Assembly (NCBI GenBank): GCA_002269645.1
Contig: NIVC01003539.1
Span: 28,224-92,223 of the forward strand
Origin: Macrostomum lignano
Lineage: Eukaryota
DNA length: 64,000 nt
Direction of reading: 5' to 3'
Both the position numbers and the translations under genes were made by a program. Below the pieces are notes generated by a model. That model was not told where the DNA came from and made no database searches. It saw nothing but the letters and a program-made list of their open reading frames with translations. This document shows, in pieces, positions 60,928 through 64,000 of the stretch (within the stretch, counting starts at the first letter, position 1; each line of letters starts with the position of its first letter).

Positions 60928-61566
60928 TTACAGACTTGTTTGATATATACTAAAAGAGCAATTACTTGGACACATTGCTGGCAAAATTTTATGAAGAGTT
61001 AGAAAAAATGTCTTTTTAAGATAGGTCCCAATATTCAAATACTTGAGTTGTATTACAGGTCTTTGTAATTCTACTTGGTAGAAGCCTGTGCTCATTTGAG
61101 AGACTTTTACAGACTTGATGTCCTTCTGTACAATAATTGGCGAGTTTAGCAGCGGTTGAACTTGGGTAGAAATAGCAATTGATGATGATGGTGTTTCAGT
61201 TGCTGTCGTTGGTTTGGTACTTGTAGGCTTACTGCAAGTTTGCTTTGTTGGGTCATTGTAGCTGGTTGGTGATGGTGGTGGTGGTGCATACTGCAGTTGG
61301 TCAGTTGGTCGTGGGTTCGATTGCTGCCTAATTGACTGAATAACATCAGTTCTTGTGTAAATGCGATCTAGCTCAGTTGTCTGTCTCTCGACATGAATCG
61401 AGGTTACTCTGGCGAGAGATGTAGAATATGATGCTCTTGCAGCAGAATTGGATGTGGTGGTGTCGTGGCAAATGCGTTTGCACTGATCTGGAGGTGGCCG
61501 CGTGAAGAAACCATTCTTGAATGCTATAATAATGGATAAGATGAGGGAAATTTGGTATAGGTGCAT
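60928..61566 (-). CDS. Orphan 212-aa protein with signal-peptide-like N-terminus and Thr/Pro/Ser-rich middle
   Basis: MHLYQISLILSIIIAF, CKRIC, PPPP/TKPTT-rich stretch and CPSNC. Clean ORF on the same strand as all element genes. Confidence 0.55.
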   Translation of the reverse strand: MHLYQISLILSIIIAFKNGFFTRPPPDQCKRICHDTTTSNSAARASYSTSLARVTSIHVERQTTELDRIYTRTDVIQSIRQQSNPRPTDQLQYAPPPPSPTSYNDPTKQTCSKPTSTKPTTATETPSSSIAISTQVQPLLNSPIIVQKDIKSVKVSQMSTGFYQVELQRPVIQLKYLNIGTYLKKTFFLTLHKILPAMCPSNCSFSIYQTSL

Positions 61567-61584
61567 GTATACAATGTATATAGA

Positions 61585-61810
61585 AACTGAACTAGCAGAG
61601 AATCAGTCTAAACAGAAACCGAACTAGCAGACAATCAATCTAGAAATTCTGAACTAGCAGAGTATTAGTCTAAACAGAAACCGAACTAGCAGAAAATCAA
61701 TCTAGAGACTGAACAAACAGAGGATCGGTCTAAACAGAAACCGAACTAACAATCAATCTAGAAACTAAACTATAGCGAACAGTCAATCTAAAAAAGAAAA
61801 CTGAACTAGA
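61585..61810. repeat. About 30-bp degenerate tandem repeat upstream of the orphan ORF
   Basis: AACTAGCAGA.AATCA.TCTA units. A GTAAGA donor-like site lies just upstream on the minus strand (about 61828). Confidence 0.75.
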
Positions 61811-62343
61811 GTAGGTGATTATCTTACCTTGTTTAACATAGCGCTCGGCCAATTCCTGCTGACGTGATCGCTTCATTTCACTTAAGATGTAAGTATAGTT
61901 GAACAAGTAGTATAATGTAAACTTGGTTTAAGTTATTTAATATTTTCTGTGTCAGTGTGTTCGTATATATATATAGTATAAAGAAGAAGCATGTTGACGC
62001 AGTTGTTGACATAGTATCTGTAAACCATCTGCTCAAGTTGGTGCAAAAATTCTATAGGCACTCAAGAATAGATCATTTACTATCTTTCTTCAAAAGGGTG
62101 ATAATATTCACAAGTTTTCAATATTTCAAAAACACTTGAAATGTGTGAATAGCTTTGGAGTAAATTTGTCTTGAATGGAATCCTTTGAAGTGTGTTTGTG
62201 TCACCATTGCTAGAATCGGTTACTTGTATTTTGGACAGGTGGATATGCAATTCGTCTGAATAATCACGTTGCGTAAAAGATATTTAGCGTGCACTTGGAA
62301 TTTCAGACTGCGTGCACATGGAATTTCAGACTGCGTGCACATG

Positions 62344-62435
62344 AAATTTCGGACTCTGCCATTTTTTTGGGCCTGTACTTACTATGTATTTCGCCATAAG
62401 GAAATCGGCTTTGTGTCAAAAAAACGTATACTACT
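62344..62435 (-). repeat. Right terminal inverted repeat (92 bp), preceded by extra copies of a 23-bp unit (62296-62343)
   Basis: Ends ...AAAACGTATACTACT. Subterminal TGGAATTTCAGACTGCGTGCACA is repeated. Confidence 0.97.
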
Positions 62436-62639
62436 CATGTCGAACATAAAAGAGCCACTATGTCAAACATAAAAGAGCCACCATGTCAAACATAGAAGAG
62501 CCACTATGTCAAACATAAAAGAGCCACCATGTCAAACATTCAAGATATCCAATTTCAAATGTAAAGGTATAAAGCGCCATGCCAATTTAAAGGAGCCACT
62601 ATAAAGCTAAGGAAATTGTCGCTCTAGCTACTTATTGTC

Positions 62640-63195
62640 TGGATGGTTGCTATTTGGGGATGCTATCTATCTTGGGGATGCTTGCTATTTGGAGGATGCT
62701 TGCTTTCTGGGGGATGCTTGCTATCTGGGAATGCTTGCTATCTGGGGATGCTTGCTATCTGGGGGATGCTTGCTATCTGGGGATGTTTGCTATCTGGGGA
62801 TGCTTGCTATCTGGTGGATGCTTGCTATCTGAGGGATGCTTGCTATCTGATGATGCTTGCTATCTGGGGATGCTTGCTATCTGGGGTATGCTTGCTATCT
62901 GAGGGATGCTTGCTATCTTGGGGTATGCTTGCTATCTGAGGGATGCTTGCTATCTTGGGGATGCTTGCTATCTGGGGGATGCTTGCTATCTGCGGAATGC
63001 TTGCTATCTTGGGATGCTTGCTATCTGGGATGTTTGCTATCTGGGGGATGCTTGCTATCTGGGGGATGCTTGCTATCTGGGGATGCTTGCTATCTGGAGG
63101 ATGCTTGCTATCTTGGGATGCTTGCTATCTGGGAAATGCTTGCTATCTGGGAGAATGCTTGCTATCTGGAGGATGCTTGCTATCTGGGGATGCTT
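62640..63195. repeat. 18-19-bp minisatellite GATGCTTGCTATCTGGGG inside the Helitron
   Basis: Direct tandem units. Confidence 0.95.
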
Positions 63196-63345
63196 GTGGT
63201 CTTGGGAAGATTTCTTATTGCAATTCACTTTCATTGAGCAGTTTGTCTGTTGTCTTTGTGAAGGATTTTTTGGCTGTCTTTTTGTTAATTGTAGAGAACA
63301 GAGATTCTATCCAGATGTCCCCCATCGGGGGGCGAAGATTGCTAG

Positions 63346-64000
63346 TCCAATATACTAAAAATGGTCTGTCGGTATGTGTGTGTGTGTATGTGTGTGTGTG
63401 TGTGATTGATTTTTAGCAAAAACGGCTCAACCGATTTTCTTCGAACTTGCACTGTTCGATCAGAAATTTTCCCGTGACAGTACATGCATCGTGGCTAAGA
63501 AATTGCTTGATGCTAAAGGGATTAAATATTCGAAAACATGCTTTTGCAAAGGTCAAGCAGCTCTTTCGACTTGAAATGCATCGTAAGAATGCTAGCAGAA
63601 AACTGACTGGTTGAATCTGATTCTGAAATAGATTGCATCACAATACACTTTATTTCGTCTGTGTACTGGCTGAATTTGACACTCAATTGAATTGCGTCAC
63701 AGCTTTGAGTGTGAAAGCATAGGCAGTACTGAATTTATATTACTAACCATATTGTAAACTTTCATAGACACTGGTACTGACTTGCCTAAGAAATTGATTA
63801 TGTCATAACTGCTTCGTGAGACTTTTACTCTACCTGACTTGTGTGAGTGTTGAATATATAAGTGGTACAACATCACTGATAACTTCGATGAGAGCTAGCC
63901 TAGAGCTGAACAGACCAGACTGCTAATGCAGCGACCTAGGTTCGAATCTAAGTAGTTTTAAAAGTAGTAGTGTAAAAATTTTTTATTAAAAGTTTTATTA
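63346..64000 (+). mobile_element. Second, head-to-tail copy of the same Helitron family (runs off the right edge)
   Basis: TCCAATATACTAAAAATG start directly after the CTAG. Colinear but diverged similarity to 43673-44240. Confidence 0.78.

Larger units (their letters stand above)
47710..62435 (-). mobile_element. Polinton/Maverick (adintovirus-like) endogenous virus, 14,726 bp, lacking an intact DNA polymerase
   Basis: TIRs start AGTAGT, 6-bp TSD CATGTC (47704-47709, 62436-62441), RVE integrase, adenain-like protease, capsid proteins and packaging ATPase. Confidence 0.96.
43673..63345 (+). mobile_element. Non-autonomous Helitron-like element carrying satellites and the inserted Polinton
   Basis: Preceded by A. 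5' TCCTATATACTAAAAATG, (GTAT)n and AAAACGGCTCAACCGATTTTC. 3' hairpin GTCCCCCATCGGGGGGC (63317-63333) ends 12 nt before the terminal G of CTAG (63342-63345), followed by T. Confidence 0.72.

Noticed and set aside
48000-62400. An intact PolB or helicase elsewhere in the element
   Set aside because: No ORF long enough and no PolB or SF3/D5 helicase motifs seen in the ORF track.

Overview
Eukaryotic (animal) genomic DNA. The minisatellite-packed introns and GC-rich exons resemble a flatworm such as Macrostomum, but that is an inference. The left 38 kb holds five intron-containing host genes, all on the minus strand: a Src/Frk-type tyrosine kinase (runs off the left edge), PGAM5, a PRELI-domain gene, an NTE/PNPLA6-7 (swiss cheese) gene, and a USP4/11/15-like deubiquitinase that appears to have lost both catalytic Cys and His. 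The right part is a nested structure. A non-autonomous Helitron-like element (43673-63345, followed head-to-tail by a second copy) carries a 23-bp satellite. Inserted into that satellite is a 14,726-bp Polinton/Maverick (adintovirus-like) provirus at 47710-62435, with 92-bp AGTAGT-starting TIRs and a 6-bp TSD (CATGTC). The provirus encodes protease, major and minor capsid, integrase with chromodomain, packaging ATPase, parvovirus-type PLA2 and dUTPase. It also encodes a probable spliced SSB, an orphan secreted-looking ORF and a TBP-like protein. The core of its DNA polymerase appears deleted. The best candidate for an undescribed system is the element-encoded TBP paired with a TATAAG(C) motif found once upstream of nearly every virion-module gene, suggesting a self-encoded late-transcription switch. 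All protein calls are by motif recognition only; no searches were run. Several single-base homopolymer frameshifts suggest long-read assembly errors.
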